Of a stretch of 64,000 nt of DNA, positions 29,190-37,368 are shown in pieces. The DNA comes from an uncultured Spirochaetaceae bacterium (GTDB lineage Bacteria; Myxococcota_A; UBA9160; UBA4427), in contig CAYYSY010000312.1 of assembly GCA_964474355.1 (NCBI GenBank), positions 1,517-65,516 of the forward strand, given 5' to 3'. How positions within the stretch are numbered: the first letter of the stretch is position 1; each line of letters begins with the position of its first letter. A model generated the notes under the pieces. That model saw nothing but the letters and a program-made list of their open reading frames with translations. It was not told the origin of the DNA and searched no databases. Position numbers and translations under genes: made by a program.

Positions 29190-29252
29190 CCGAGCCGCCC
29201 TGCTCCTCTCCGGAGGAGGCAGGGCGTCCGTCCGGGGAGGACGGAGGCTCGA
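29190..29252 (-). other. Compact three-way-junction RNA fold inside the about 270-nt leader of the PLP-enzyme gene (function unknown)
   Basis: Read on the minus strand. Closing helix: CGAGCC/GGCUCG. Hairpin 1: UCCGUCC-UCCCC-GGACGGA (7 bp). Hairpin 2: CCCUGC(C)UCCUC-CGGA-GAGGAGCAGGG (11 bp with one bulge). All pairings were checked by hand. Confidence 0.3.
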
Positions 29253-29294
29253 GGGCCTGCAAGCACCTGAAATCACCCGTGTCTGTCGGCGCGG

Positions 29295-29478
29295 ACCTTA
29301 GCCCGGATGATTCATGAGCGCCCTACTGCGTCAGCGCATCTCCGTACGCTCGCAGCAGAAATCGCCGCCCGGCGCCTCGACGTAGGGTCGACTACGCCTG
29401 CGTCGCCGTACGACGATTTCTGCTGCGAGAGCACGAATCTACGCTGCCTCGCTACGGGCTTCATGGATCATCCGGGCT
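29295..29478. ncRNA. About 180-nt long imperfect hairpin / inverted-repeat element (candidate structured sRNA such as 6S-like, or a MITE/REP-like element)
   Basis: The outer 18-bp stem pairs 29300-29317 (AGCCCGGAUGAUUCAUGA) with 29461-29478 (UCAUGGAUCAUCCGGGCU), with one U-G wobble on the plus-strand reading. GCCC/GGGC and CAGCG/CGCUG helices follow. A 12x12-nt partly paired internal loop follows them. A perfect 16-bp stem pairs 29349-29364 with 29414-29429 (CUCGCAGCAGAAAUCG/CGAUUUCUGCUGCGAG). The tip is branched and about 49 nt long. Confidence 0.35.
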
Positions 29479-29536
29479 GGCAAGGTCGCGAACGGCCGGC
29501 CCGGGAGCCCGACGACACCCCTGCTAGATTGCCGGC

Positions 29537-30133
29537 ATGAGCCGTGCCGGACCCATCGAGAGCGTCCTCGTCTTCTGCGCGTCGAGCGAGAAGGCGGACC
29601 CGATCTACCGGGACGCGGCAGGCGAGCTCGGCCGGGCCATCGCCCAGGCCGGTCGGACCCTCGTCTACGGCGGCGGGCACAAGGGCTCGATGGGCGCGCT
29701 CGCCGATGCCGCGCTCGCCGAGCGCGGTGACGTGATCGGCATCCTCCCGAACTTCATGGAGGAGCTCGAGTGGGCGCACTCGGGCCTGACCCGCCTCGAG
29801 ACCGTGGTCGACATGCAGGAGCGCAAGCGCCGGATGACCGCCGCCTCCGACGCCGTGGTCGCGCTGCCCGGCGCGACCGGCACCCTCGAAGAGGTGTTCG
29901 AGGTGATCACCGCCAAGCGGCTGGGGCTCTTTCTCGGGCCGATCGTGTTCCTCAACCAGAAGGGCTTCTTCGACCCGTGCATCGAGATGCTGAGACGCTG
30001 CGTCGACGAGCAGTTCATGCACGACCGCCACCTCGAGATGTGGCACGTGGTCGATCGGGTCTCGGACGTGATCCCCACCCTCGACAGCGCTCCGCCGTGG
30101 CCCGCGGATGCGCACGGCTTTGCGAGCCCGTGA
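29537..30133 (+). CDS. LOG-family (TIGR00730) nucleotide phosphoribohydrolase
   Basis: Sequence: VFCASSEKADP...LVYGGGHKGSMGALADAAL...ALPGATGTLEEVFEV (PGGxGTxxE-type motif). Confidence 0.85.
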   Translation: MSRAGPIESVLVFCASSEKADPIYRDAAGELGRAIAQAGRTLVYGGGHKGSMGALADAALAERGDVIGILPNFMEELEWAHSGLTRLETVVDMQERKRRMTAASDAVVALPGATGTLEEVFEVITAKRLGLFLGPIVFLNQKGFFDPCIEMLRRCVDEQFMHDRHLEMWHVVDRVSDVIPTLDSAPPWPADAHGFASP

Positions 30134-30175
30134 GCCGTCGGCGCGCCGCGCGACCGACCTGCTAACAATCTCCGC

Positions 30176-30901
30176 ATGAGCGGTCTGCCGCCCGGACGAG
30201 CGACGCAGCTCCTCCCGCCCGAAGCGATTCGCGCGGCGGTCGAGGCGTACCCCTTCCCCGATCCGAACGAGGCCGACGGGCGTGGTCTCGTAGGCTACGG
30301 CGCCGACCTGCGCCCCGAGCGGCTGATCGCCGCCTACGCCCAGGGCATCTTCCCGTGGTACGACGAGGATCCGATCCTCTGGTTCTCGCCCGACCCGCGC
30401 TTCGTGCTGCGGCCCGACGAGCTGCACGTGTCGCGGAGCCTCGCGAAGACCGCGCGCGGCGGTCGCTACGACGTGCGCTACGACAGCGCGTTCGAAGACG
30501 TGATGGTGGGTTGCCGCGACGTCCATCGCCCGGGGCAGCGCGGCACGTGGATCACCGACGACATGCTCGAGGGCTATTGCCGCCTTCACGAGCTCGGCTT
30601 TGCGCACAGCGTCGAGAGCTGGCAAGGCGACGAGCTCATGGGTGGCGCCTACGGCGTGTCGCTCGGCACCGCGTTCTTCGGCGAGTCGATGTTCGCGCGT
30701 GGGCCCGACGCGTCGAAGGTCGCGTTCGTGCACCTCGTCGGGCGCCTGAAGGGCTGGGGCTTCGCCTTCATCGACAGCCAGGTGTACACCGACCATCTCG
30801 AGCGCTTCGGCGCGCGGGAGTGGCCGCGCGCCGAGTACCTCGAGGCGCTCGCCGAAGCGCTCGAGCACCCGACCCGCTGCGGGAGCTGGGCCCTCGACTG
30901 A
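30176..30901 (+). CDS. aat: Leucyl/phenylalanyl-tRNA--protein transferase
   Basis: Sequences: AYAQGIFPWYDEDPILWFSPDPRFVL, GCRDVHRPGQRGTWIT, AHSVESWQGDELMGGAYGVSLG, FIDSQ. Confidence 0.9.
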   Translation: MSGLPPGRATQLLPPEAIRAAVEAYPFPDPNEADGRGLVGYGADLRPERLIAAYAQGIFPWYDEDPILWFSPDPRFVLRPDELHVSRSLAKTARGGRYDVRYDSAFEDVMVGCRDVHRPGQRGTWITDDMLEGYCRLHELGFAHSVESWQGDELMGGAYGVSLGTAFFGESMFARGPDASKVAFVHLVGRLKGWGFAFIDSQVYTDHLERFGAREWPRAEYLEALAEALEHPTRCGSWALD

Positions 30902-30910
30902 GCGACTCGC

Positions 30911-31693
30911 TCACTCGAGGACGATCGGGAGCTCCATGTAGTCGCGGTAGATGCGGTCTCGGTGCTCGACGAGTGCGGGGTCGAGCGCCGCGTCGATCAG
31001 CGGATGCGGCGCGCCGTACGACGCGCGCATCATGTCGCTCATCGGGCAGACGTCCGCCGGCAGCGGCGATACGAGCGCACACGACGCGGCCCAGTAGATG
31101 TCGGCCGCCGACAGGGCGTCCCCCACGAGGTACGCGCTCCCGGCCTCGCGCTGTCGCGCGAGCTGGCCGGAGAGCATGCGGAGGATCGCCGCCATCCGCT
31201 CGGGCGCCGCCTCGGCCTCGGCGCCGTCTCCGATGCCGTACTTGTCGGCGAGGCGCGCACCGAAGGTGCGCGCCGGGTTGTCCTCGGGCAGCTGCAGCAG
31301 CGGGTACACCATCATGAGTCGGCGCGTCCAGCAGAAGCCACCCTGGCCCATGAGCTCGTGTGACAGGCCGAACATGAGTGCGCGGTCGGCGGCGTCTTCT
31401 GGCAGAAGCCGCGGCGCGGGTGCGAGCTTCTCGGCGCGCAGCAGGATCTCGACCCAGCCCGAGAGCGGTCGCTCGTCGTCGAGGACGACCTGCGGCGCGT
31501 TGTCGATGCCCGTCCAGTCGAGGAGCTCGGGGTTGGGCTGGGCACCGAGCTGCGGCACGCGCGCGAAGGCGACGCCCTTCGCGTGGAAGATGCCCTTGGC
31601 CGCCTCGCCCCACGGCCCGGGCACGCCGATCGTGAGCACGAGGCGCAGGCCCGGACGCGAGCGCGCCTCGTCGACGCTGATGAACGAGCTCAA
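30911..31693 (-). CDS. Glutathione S-transferase-like protein
   Basis: TTG start at 31693, with AGGAG 7 nt upstream; the AGGAG lies inside repeat copy 1. The N-terminal thioredoxin-like part is PGPWGEAAKGIFHAKGVAF...DNAPQVVLDDERPLSGWVEILL. The C-terminus is helical. The family call is weak. Confidence 0.5.
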   Translation of the reverse strand: MSSFISVDEARSRPGLRLVLTIGVPGPWGEAAKGIFHAKGVAFARVPQLGAQPNPELLDWTGIDNAPQVVLDDERPLSGWVEILLRAEKLAPAPRLLPEDAADRALMFGLSHELMGQGGFCWTRRLMMVYPLLQLPEDNPARTFGARLADKYGIGDGAEAEAAPERMAAILRMLSGQLARQREAGSAYLVGDALSAADIYWAASCALVSPLPADVCPMSDMMRASYGAPHPLIDAALDPALVEHRDRIYRDYMELPIVLE

Positions 31694-31694
31694 T

Positions 31695-31817
31695 GTGTGT
31701 CTCCTGTGAGGGCGAGCGCATCAGCGCGCGGTGTCGTGTGTCTCGAGTGGGGGCGAGCGCATCAGCGTGCGGTGTCGTGTGTCTCGTGTGAGTGCGGGCG
31801 CATCAGCGTGCGGTGTC
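31695..31817. repeat. Tandem direct repeat, 3 x 41 bp
   Basis: Copies lie at 31695-31735, 31736-31776 and 31777-31817 (GTGTGTCTC..GCGCATCAGCG[C/T]GCGGTGTC). Each of copies 2 and 3 matches copy 1 at 37/41 positions. Copy 3 contains the last codons and the stop of the XRE gene. Copy 1 abuts the GST-like start. Confidence 0.95.
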
Positions 31818-32096
31818 GCCGTCGGGCTCGGCGTCGTGACCGAGGATGTCGACCGGGTCGCAGTCGAGCCCCGACGCGACGAGGCGGAGCGTCGCCCAGG
31901 GCACGCGCTCGGCGCGCTCCTCGATGCCGGACAGCAGACTCGGCGTGATCGTGTCGCGCAGGCCCGTCGCGCGCTCCTGAGCCACGGCGATGGCCTCGAC
32001 GAGGTCTCGCGGCGAGAGCGAGAGATCGTGGCGCCGCCGCCGCACCGACAGACCGTCGGGCGTCACCAGCGTCTCGTCGTCGTCGATGATCGGCAT
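31803..32096 (-). CDS. Small XRE-type helix-turn-helix protein (97 aa)
   Basis: ATG at 32096 (cat 32094-32096). Sequence: MPIIDDDETLVTPDGLSVRRRRHDLSLSPRDLVEAIAVAQERATGLRDTITPSLLSGIEERAERVPWATLRLVASGL. The longer 250-aa ORF upstream is Arg-rich and is rejected. Confidence 0.6.
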   Translation of the reverse strand: MPIIDDDETLVTPDGLSVRRRRHDLSLSPRDLVEAIAVAQERATGLRDTITPSLLSGIEERAERVPWATLRLVASGLDCDPVDILGHDAEPDGDTAR

Positions 32097-32251
32097 CGAG
32101 GGGGTCCTGGCCCGGGCGAGCGCGGGGGGTGCGCGTGCACCGCGTCTCTCTCCGCAGTGGGCCCCGCGCAGTGTAGACTGTCCCATCCCCCGGCGGCGCG
32201 CCCATCGGCGCCCCGCAGCGCGCGCGCTTCGGCGCGGCGGCGGCGGGGAGG

Positions 32252-32722
32252 TTGGAGGCGCACGACTTGGGCATCGAGCTCTTCGAGCGGGCCGCCGAGG
32301 CGCGGGGACGCATCCTGCGCGCCGAGCGCCGCGCGCCCACCGGACACGCCGACGATCCCCAGGTCGGGATGGCCTACGTGCTGACCTTCGACGTCGGGCG
32401 CATCCTCGTCGGCAACGACGGCGCGGGGGGGCGCCTCGAGCTCGCCTTCGTCGAGAGCCCCGACGACATTCCGGCCGGCCTCCAGGATGTGAACGAGGAG
32501 GAGCCCTGGTGGCGTGTGATCGGCAACCCGCTCTGCGCGGTCTGGCCGAATGCACCGGGCGAGGCCGCCGAGTCGAACGCCACCGAGGGGCTCACGAGCG
32601 TGTGCCTCCAGTTCCGCGAAGACAGCGAGAACCCCAAGCTGATCGCGCTGCGCGCCGAGCCGCCGGGCGTGCGGGTGTCGATCCGGGAGCGTGTCCATGT
32701 GTCCGAATCAGCCGATGGATGA
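32252..32722 (+). CDS. Hypothetical protein, divergent from the XRE gene
   Basis: The composition is balanced and GC3 is high. No motif was recognised. The start is uncertain: TTG 32252, TTG 32267 or ATG 32369. The end overlaps the amidase start. Confidence 0.5.
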   Translation: MEAHDLGIELFERAAEARGRILRAERRAPTGHADDPQVGMAYVLTFDVGRILVGNDGAGGRLELAFVESPDDIPAGLQDVNEEEPWWRVIGNPLCAVWPNAPGEAAESNATEGLTSVCLQFREDSENPKLIALRAEPPGVRVSIRERVHVSESADG

Positions 32723-34190
32723 CCGATCTCTGGCGCACCTCGACGCCGTCGCCCAGGCCGCGCTCGTCAGGCGCGACGAGCTGACGCCGAGCGAGCTCGT
32801 CGAGGCCGCGATTCGCCGCATCGAGCGGCTCGACCCCGAGCTCCACTCCGTGATCCATCCCGCGTTCGACGATGCGCGGCGCGAGGTCGACCGCGTGCCG
32901 ACCGAGGCGCCCTTCGCCGGCGTGCCGATCCTCATGAAGGACATCGGCGGCGAGGAGGCAGGGCGGCCGATCTGCGCGGGGATGCGCGCCGCGCGTGATG
33001 CCGACTACACGGCGACCGCGGACAGCCACTTCACACGCAAGATCCGCGATGCGGGCTTCGTGTCGCTCGGACGCACCAACACGCCCGAGCTCGCGCTCCT
33101 GCCCACGACCGAGCCCGACGCCTTCGGTGCGACGCACAACCCGTGGAACCTCGGCCACAGCTCGGGCGGCTCGAGTGGTGGCGCCGCGGCGGCGGTGGCG
33201 GCCGGGCTCGTGCCGGTGGCGCACGCGAGCGACGGCGGCGGCTCGATCCGCGGGCCGGCGAGCATGTGTGGGCTCGTCGGTCTCAAGCCGACGCGCGGCC
33301 GCAACTCGTTCGGGCCCGGCGCCGGCGAGCGCTGGAGCGGCTTCTCGTGCGAGTTCGTCGTGAGCCGCACCGTGCGCGACTCGGCCGCGCTGCTCGACGT
33401 GACGTGCGGCCGCATGACGGGTGACCCCTACTCGGCACCGCCGCCGGCGCGTCCCTTCAGCGAGGCGGTCGACGCGAATCGCAAGGGCCTGCGCATAGGC
33501 GTCATGCGGCACGCGGGGCGTGACATCGAGGTGCACCCCGACATGATCACGGCGGTCGAGCGCACGGCCGAGACGCTCGAGTCGCTCGGCCACTCGGTCG
33601 AGCTCGCGCACCCGAAGGCGCTCGACGAGCCCGAAGTGGTGCGGCTCTACGTCGACGTCGTCTGCGCCAACGTCGCGCGCGCGCTCGAGAGCTGGGCCGA
33701 GAAGCTCGGGCAACCGGTCGACGAAGGCTGTGTCGAGCCGCTGACCTGGGCGCTGGCCGAGCGTGGGCAGTCGCTGAGTGCCTCGCGACTGCTCGCGGCG
33801 ATGGAGGGCGTGCACGCGTTCGGCCGCCGCGTCTCGGACTTCTTCGCCGGGGACGGCGGCGCCGACGGCTTCGATCTGCTGCTGACGCCCACCCAGGCGC
33901 AGCCGCCGCCCGAGCTCGGCTACATGGCGCAGATGCCCGACAACCCGCTGGGCCCCTTCCTGCGCGCCGCGCCCTATGGCGTGTTCACGCTGCCCTTCAA
34001 CCTCTCGGGGCAGCCGGGCATCTCGCTGCCGGGCCACTTCACGTCGGGCACCGACGGCGGTCCCGCCGACCTGCCGATCGGCGTGCAGCTCGTCGCGGCG
34101 AGCGGCGACGAGGCGACGCTCCTCGACGTGGCGGCGCAGCTCGAGCGCGCGACGCTCTTCTCGGCGCGCACGCCGCCGGTCTTCGGCTGA
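32691..34190 (+). CDS. Amidase-signature family amidase
   Basis: AS signature: GHSSGGSSGGAAAAVAAGLVPVAHASDGGGSIRGPASMCGLVGLKPTRG. The start is GTG 32691 or ATG 32697. Confidence 0.9.
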   Translation: MSMCPNQPMDDRSLAHLDAVAQAALVRRDELTPSELVEAAIRRIERLDPELHSVIHPAFDDARREVDRVPTEAPFAGVPILMKDIGGEEAGRPICAGMRAARDADYTATADSHFTRKIRDAGFVSLGRTNTPELALLPTTEPDAFGATHNPWNLGHSSGGSSGGAAAAVAAGLVPVAHASDGGGSIRGPASMCGLVGLKPTRGRNSFGPGAGERWSGFSCEFVVSRTVRDSAALLDVTCGRMTGDPYSAPPPARPFSEAVDANRKGLRIGVMRHAGRDIEVHPDMITAVERTAETLESLGHSVELAHPKALDEPEVVRLYVDVVCANVARALESWAEKLGQPVDEGCVEPLTWALAERGQSLSASRLLAAMEGVHAFGRRVSDFFAGDGGADGFDLLLTPTQAQPPPELGYMAQMPDNPLGPFLRAAPYGVFTLPFNLSGQPGISLPGHFTSGTDGGPADLPIGVQLVAASGDEATLLDVAAQLERATLFSARTPPVFG

Positions 34191-34205
34191 GGTCGGCGGG
34201 ACGGC

Positions 34206-34853
34206 GTGACCCGACTGCTCATCCTTGACTGTGACGGCGTCCTCGTCGACAGCGAGGGGCCCGCGAACCTCGTGCTCGTCGAGATGATGCGCGAGGTGGG
34301 GCTCGACATGAGCCTCGACGCTTCGATGGACCTCTTCCGCGGCCGTACGATGCAGATGTGCTGGGAGATCATCGAAGAGCGGCTCGGTCGCGCCCTGCCC
34401 GCCGAATTCGAAGCCGAGTTCGATCGCCGCGAGCACGCCGTGCTCGGCGCGGGTGACATCGCCATGCCCGGCATCCACGCGGCCCTCGACGGCGTCGACG
34501 CGCTCGGCCTGGCGACCTGTGTCGCATCGAGCGGCTCGACCGCGAAGATGCGGGTCACGCTCGGGGGTGCGGGTCTCTGGGATCGCTTCGAGGGGCGGAT
34601 CTACAGCGCCGTCGAGCACGTGTCGCGGGGCAAGCCGCATCCCGACGTCTTCGAGTACGCCGCCCGGGCGCAGGGGGTTGCGCCGGCCGACTGCGTCGTC
34701 GTCGAGGACAGCCTGCTCGGGGTCGAGGCCGCCCGGGCGGCGGGGATGCGGGTGCTCGGGTTCGCGCGCGAGGTGCCCGCCGAAGACCTGCGTGCCGCGG
34801 GCGCCGACGTATTCTTCGCGCACGAAGAGCTCCCGGGCCTGCTGCAGGGCTGA
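34206..34853 (+). CDS. HAD-superfamily hydrolase (beta-phosphoglucomutase/phosphatase-like)
   Basis: GTG start. Motif I: LILDCDGVLVDSE. Motif II: ASSGS. Motif III: GKPHPDVF...VVEDSLLGVEAARAAGM. Confidence 0.85.
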   Translation: MTRLLILDCDGVLVDSEGPANLVLVEMMREVGLDMSLDASMDLFRGRTMQMCWEIIEERLGRALPAEFEAEFDRREHAVLGAGDIAMPGIHAALDGVDALGLATCVASSGSTAKMRVTLGGAGLWDRFEGRIYSAVEHVSRGKPHPDVFEYAARAQGVAPADCVVVEDSLLGVEAARAAGMRVLGFAREVPAEDLRAAGADVFFAHEELPGLLQG

Positions 34854-34931
34854 GATCGGGCGTCCGCGTTTCGCAGCGATGGACGCGGCATCGAAGGGGC
34901 TCCCCGGGGCGACCCGACGAACGGAGGCTAC

Positions 34932-35348
34932 ATGTCGGACGAGAAGAAGAGCACCAAGAGCGACGCCGAGTGGCGCGAGGAGCTGTCGGCCGAGCAGTAT
35001 CAGGTGGCCCGCTGCTCGGGCACCGAGCCGGCGTTCACCGGAAAGTACTGGAACGAGAAGCGGGCGGGCGTCTACAACTGCGTGTGCTGCGGTACGCCGC
35101 TCTTCGACTCCACCACCAAGTACGACTCGGGCAGCGGCTGGCCGAGCTTCCACTCACCCAAGGATCCCGCGAACGTCGTCGAGCACCAGGACCGCAGCCA
35201 CGGCATGGTGCGCACCGAGGTGGTCTGCGCGAAGTGCGATGCCCACCTCGGCCACGTCTTCCCCGACGGCCCGGAGCCCACGGGCCTTCGCTACTGCATC
35301 AACTCGGCGTCGATCGACCTCGAGCCCGAGGATGGGTCGGGCACGTGA
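34932..35348 (+). CDS. msrB: Peptide-methionine (R)-S-oxide reductase
   Basis: GGAGG lies upstream. Sequence: [13 protein letters not shown]...GSGWPSF...[16 protein letters not shown]...RYCINS. Confidence 0.95.
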   Translation: MSDEKKSTKSDAEWREELSAEQYQVARCSGTEPAFTGKYWNEKRAGVYNCVCCGTPLFDSTTKYDSGSGWPSFHSPKDPANVVEHQDRSHGMVRTEVVCAKCDAHLGHVFPDGPEPTGLRYCINSASIDLEPEDGSGT

Positions 35349-35998
35349 TCGAGGCGATCTTCTTCGACAACGACGGGGTGCTCGTCGACACCGAGCACCT
35401 CTACTTCGCGGCCAATCAGCGGGTCTTCGTCGAGGTGGGGCACGAGCTCTCGCGCGAGGTCTTCATCGACCTGTCGCTGCGACAGGGGCGGAGCGTCTTC
35501 GACGCGCTGCGGGATCGGGGCTTCGAAGAGGTCGAGATCGTGCAGCTCAAGGCGCGCCGCGACGTGATCTATCAAGAGAGCGTGGCCGCAGGCGTCGAGA
35601 TCTACGAAGGCGTCCACGAGACCGTGACGACGCTCGCTGCACGCTATCCGATGGCGATCGTGACGAGCGCCCACCGCGACGACTTCGAGCTCGCCCACCG
35701 CGAGAGCGACCTGCTCCACCACTTCGAGTTCGTGCTGGCCAGCGGCGAGTACGCCCGCCACAAGCCCCATCCCGATCCCTACCTGGAGGCGGCCGAGCGC
35801 CTGGGTGTCGCACCCGGGCGCTGCGTCGTGGTCGAAGACTCTGTGCGCGGCCTGCAGGCAGCGGTCGCCGCGGGCATGCACTGCCTCGCGATCCCCCACG
35901 AGCTGACGGCGAGCGGCGACTTCTCGCCCGCCGCGGCAGTGCTCGGGGACATTCGCGAGGTGCCGAGCGCCATCGCACGGCTCGCGACCGGCGCCTGA
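35345..35998 (+). CDS. HAD-superfamily hydrolase
   Basis: The GTG at 35345 overlaps the msrB stop (GTGA). Sequence: [13 protein letters not shown]...VTSAHR...HKPHPDPYL...[17 protein letters not shown]. Confidence 0.85.
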   Translation: MIEAIFFDNDGVLVDTEHLYFAANQRVFVEVGHELSREVFIDLSLRQGRSVFDALRDRGFEEVEIVQLKARRDVIYQESVAAGVEIYEGVHETVTTLAARYPMAIVTSAHRDDFELAHRESDLLHHFEFVLASGEYARHKPHPDPYLEAAERLGVAPGRCVVVEDSVRGLQAAVAAGMHCLAIPHELTASGDFSPAAAVLGDIREVPSAIARLATGA

Positions 35999-36038
35999 CC
36001 AGGGGTCGGCCGCCGGGTAGAGCAGAGGAGGAGGCGTC

Positions 36039-37286
36039 TTGACCTTCGACGGCGCGAACGTCGACACCGACTGGGGGGCCAGCGAGAGCTGGGGCGAGGA
36101 CATGCAGAGCCGCATGGCCTGGCTGCGTGCGCACGATCCGGTCTACTGGAGCGAGAAGACGGGGCTCTGGATCGTCTCCAAGTTCGAGGACGTGTCCGCG
36201 ATCTCGAAGAGCCCGGAGCTCTTCTGCTCGGGGCAGGGGATCGTGCCCGGCATCACGGTGCGCCAGGGGCTGATCGACGAGGACGCGCCGCGCCATACCC
36301 AGCTGCGGCGCTTGATCAGTGGCGGCTTCACTCCCCGCATGGTCGGCAAGCTCGAGGAGGCGTTCTGCGAGATCGTGACCGAGACACTCGATGCGGTGGC
36401 ACCGGCTGGCAAGTGCGATTTCGTCGATGACGTCGCGGTGCCGATGCCGCTGCTGCTCATCGCCGAGATGATCGGGATCGACAAGAAGGATCGGCGCGAC
36501 TTCCATCGCTGGTCCGACGCGATGATGGCGGGGTCGGGCAACTTCGACGATCCCGAGGTCATGGCGAAGGCGGGTGCTGCGTTCGTCGAGTACTCGACCT
36601 ACGTGACGAAGATCATCGAGGACCGCCGCGCGAGCCCGCGGGACGATCTCGTGAGCATCCTGACCGGCGCGAAGGATTCGGGTCTGCTCGAGGAGTTCGA
36701 CGTCGCCGAGACCCACGGCAACACCGATGTCGAGCAGATCGAGATGGCCAACGACGAGCTGACCATGCTGCTCGTGACGTTGATGGTGGCGGGCAACGAG
36801 ACCACGCGGAACGCGCTCTCGGGCGCCGTCGAGCTGCTGATCCGGCATCCCGACGTGCGCCGGGAGCTGATCGAGGACCCCTCGCTCGTCCCCGACGCCA
36901 TCGAGGAGATGCTCCGGCTCGTCTCGCCCGTACGCTCCTTCGCACGGACCGCGACGCGCGACACCGAGCTGCGCGGCCGGCGCATCGAGGCGGGGCAGAA
37001 GGTGTTGATGGTCTACCCGTCGGCGAACCGCGACGAAGACGTCTTCGACGCGCCGGACGAGCTGCGGATCCGCCGCAAGCCGCACCACCTCGCCTTCGGC
37101 ATCGGCACCCACTTCTGCCTGGGCGCCAACCTCGCCCGCATGGAGCTGCGCGTCGCCCTCACGGAGCTGCTCCGCCGCATGCCCGACATGGATTTCGACG
37201 GCGCGGGGCCCGAGATCAGGCCGAACTCCTTGGTGCGCGCCTACGTCCACATGCCGGTGCGATTCACGCCCGTGGCGGTGGTCTGA
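36039..37286 (+). CDS. Cytochrome P450
   Basis: TTG at 36039 with GGAGGAGG 4-5 nt upstream. I-helix: LMVAGNETT. ExxR: EEMLR. Haem loop: FGIGTHFCLGANLAR. Confidence 0.92.
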   Translation: MTFDGANVDTDWGASESWGEDMQSRMAWLRAHDPVYWSEKTGLWIVSKFEDVSAISKSPELFCSGQGIVPGITVRQGLIDEDAPRHTQLRRLISGGFTPRMVGKLEEAFCEIVTETLDAVAPAGKCDFVDDVAVPMPLLLIAEMIGIDKKDRRDFHRWSDAMMAGSGNFDDPEVMAKAGAAFVEYSTYVTKIIEDRRASPRDDLVSILTGAKDSGLLEEFDVAETHGNTDVEQIEMANDELTMLLVTLMVAGNETTRNALSGAVELLIRHPDVRRELIEDPSLVPDAIEEMLRLVSPVRSFARTATRDTELRGRRIEAGQKVLMVYPSANRDEDVFDAPDELRIRRKPHHLAFGIGTHFCLGANLARMELRVALTELLRRMPDMDFDGAGPEIRPNSLVRAYVHMPVRFTPVAVV

Positions 37287-37368
37287 GGGGGGCGCTCCTC
37301 AGCGCCGACCGAGCGGGACTGGCACGACGGGGACAGCAGCAGGGATCCGATCGGTTCCAGCGCCCGCC

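Noticed and set aside
29030-29290. A SAM-I, SAM-II, SAH or cobalamin riboswitch upstream of the PLP-enzyme gene
   Set aside because: I could not find the conserved cores (for example GGAGGGA...GGCCC...GGCAACC and GGUGCCAA for SAM-I, or the B12 box). The structure is reported only as an unassigned leader fold.
31695-31817. The possibility that the 41-bp repeats are a small CRISPR array
   Set aside because: The units are directly contiguous with no spacers. There are only three copies, no cas genes, and one unit is part of a coding sequence. This is a tandem duplication, not a CRISPR array.
32592-35153. An 853-aa minus-strand ORF spanning the amidase, HAD and msrB region
   Set aside because: It is antisense to three genes with unmistakable signatures (amidase GGSSGG...GGSIR, the HAD DxDG motif, MsrB CxxC/RYCINS). 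Its own translation is low-complexity and Arg/Ala/His-rich.
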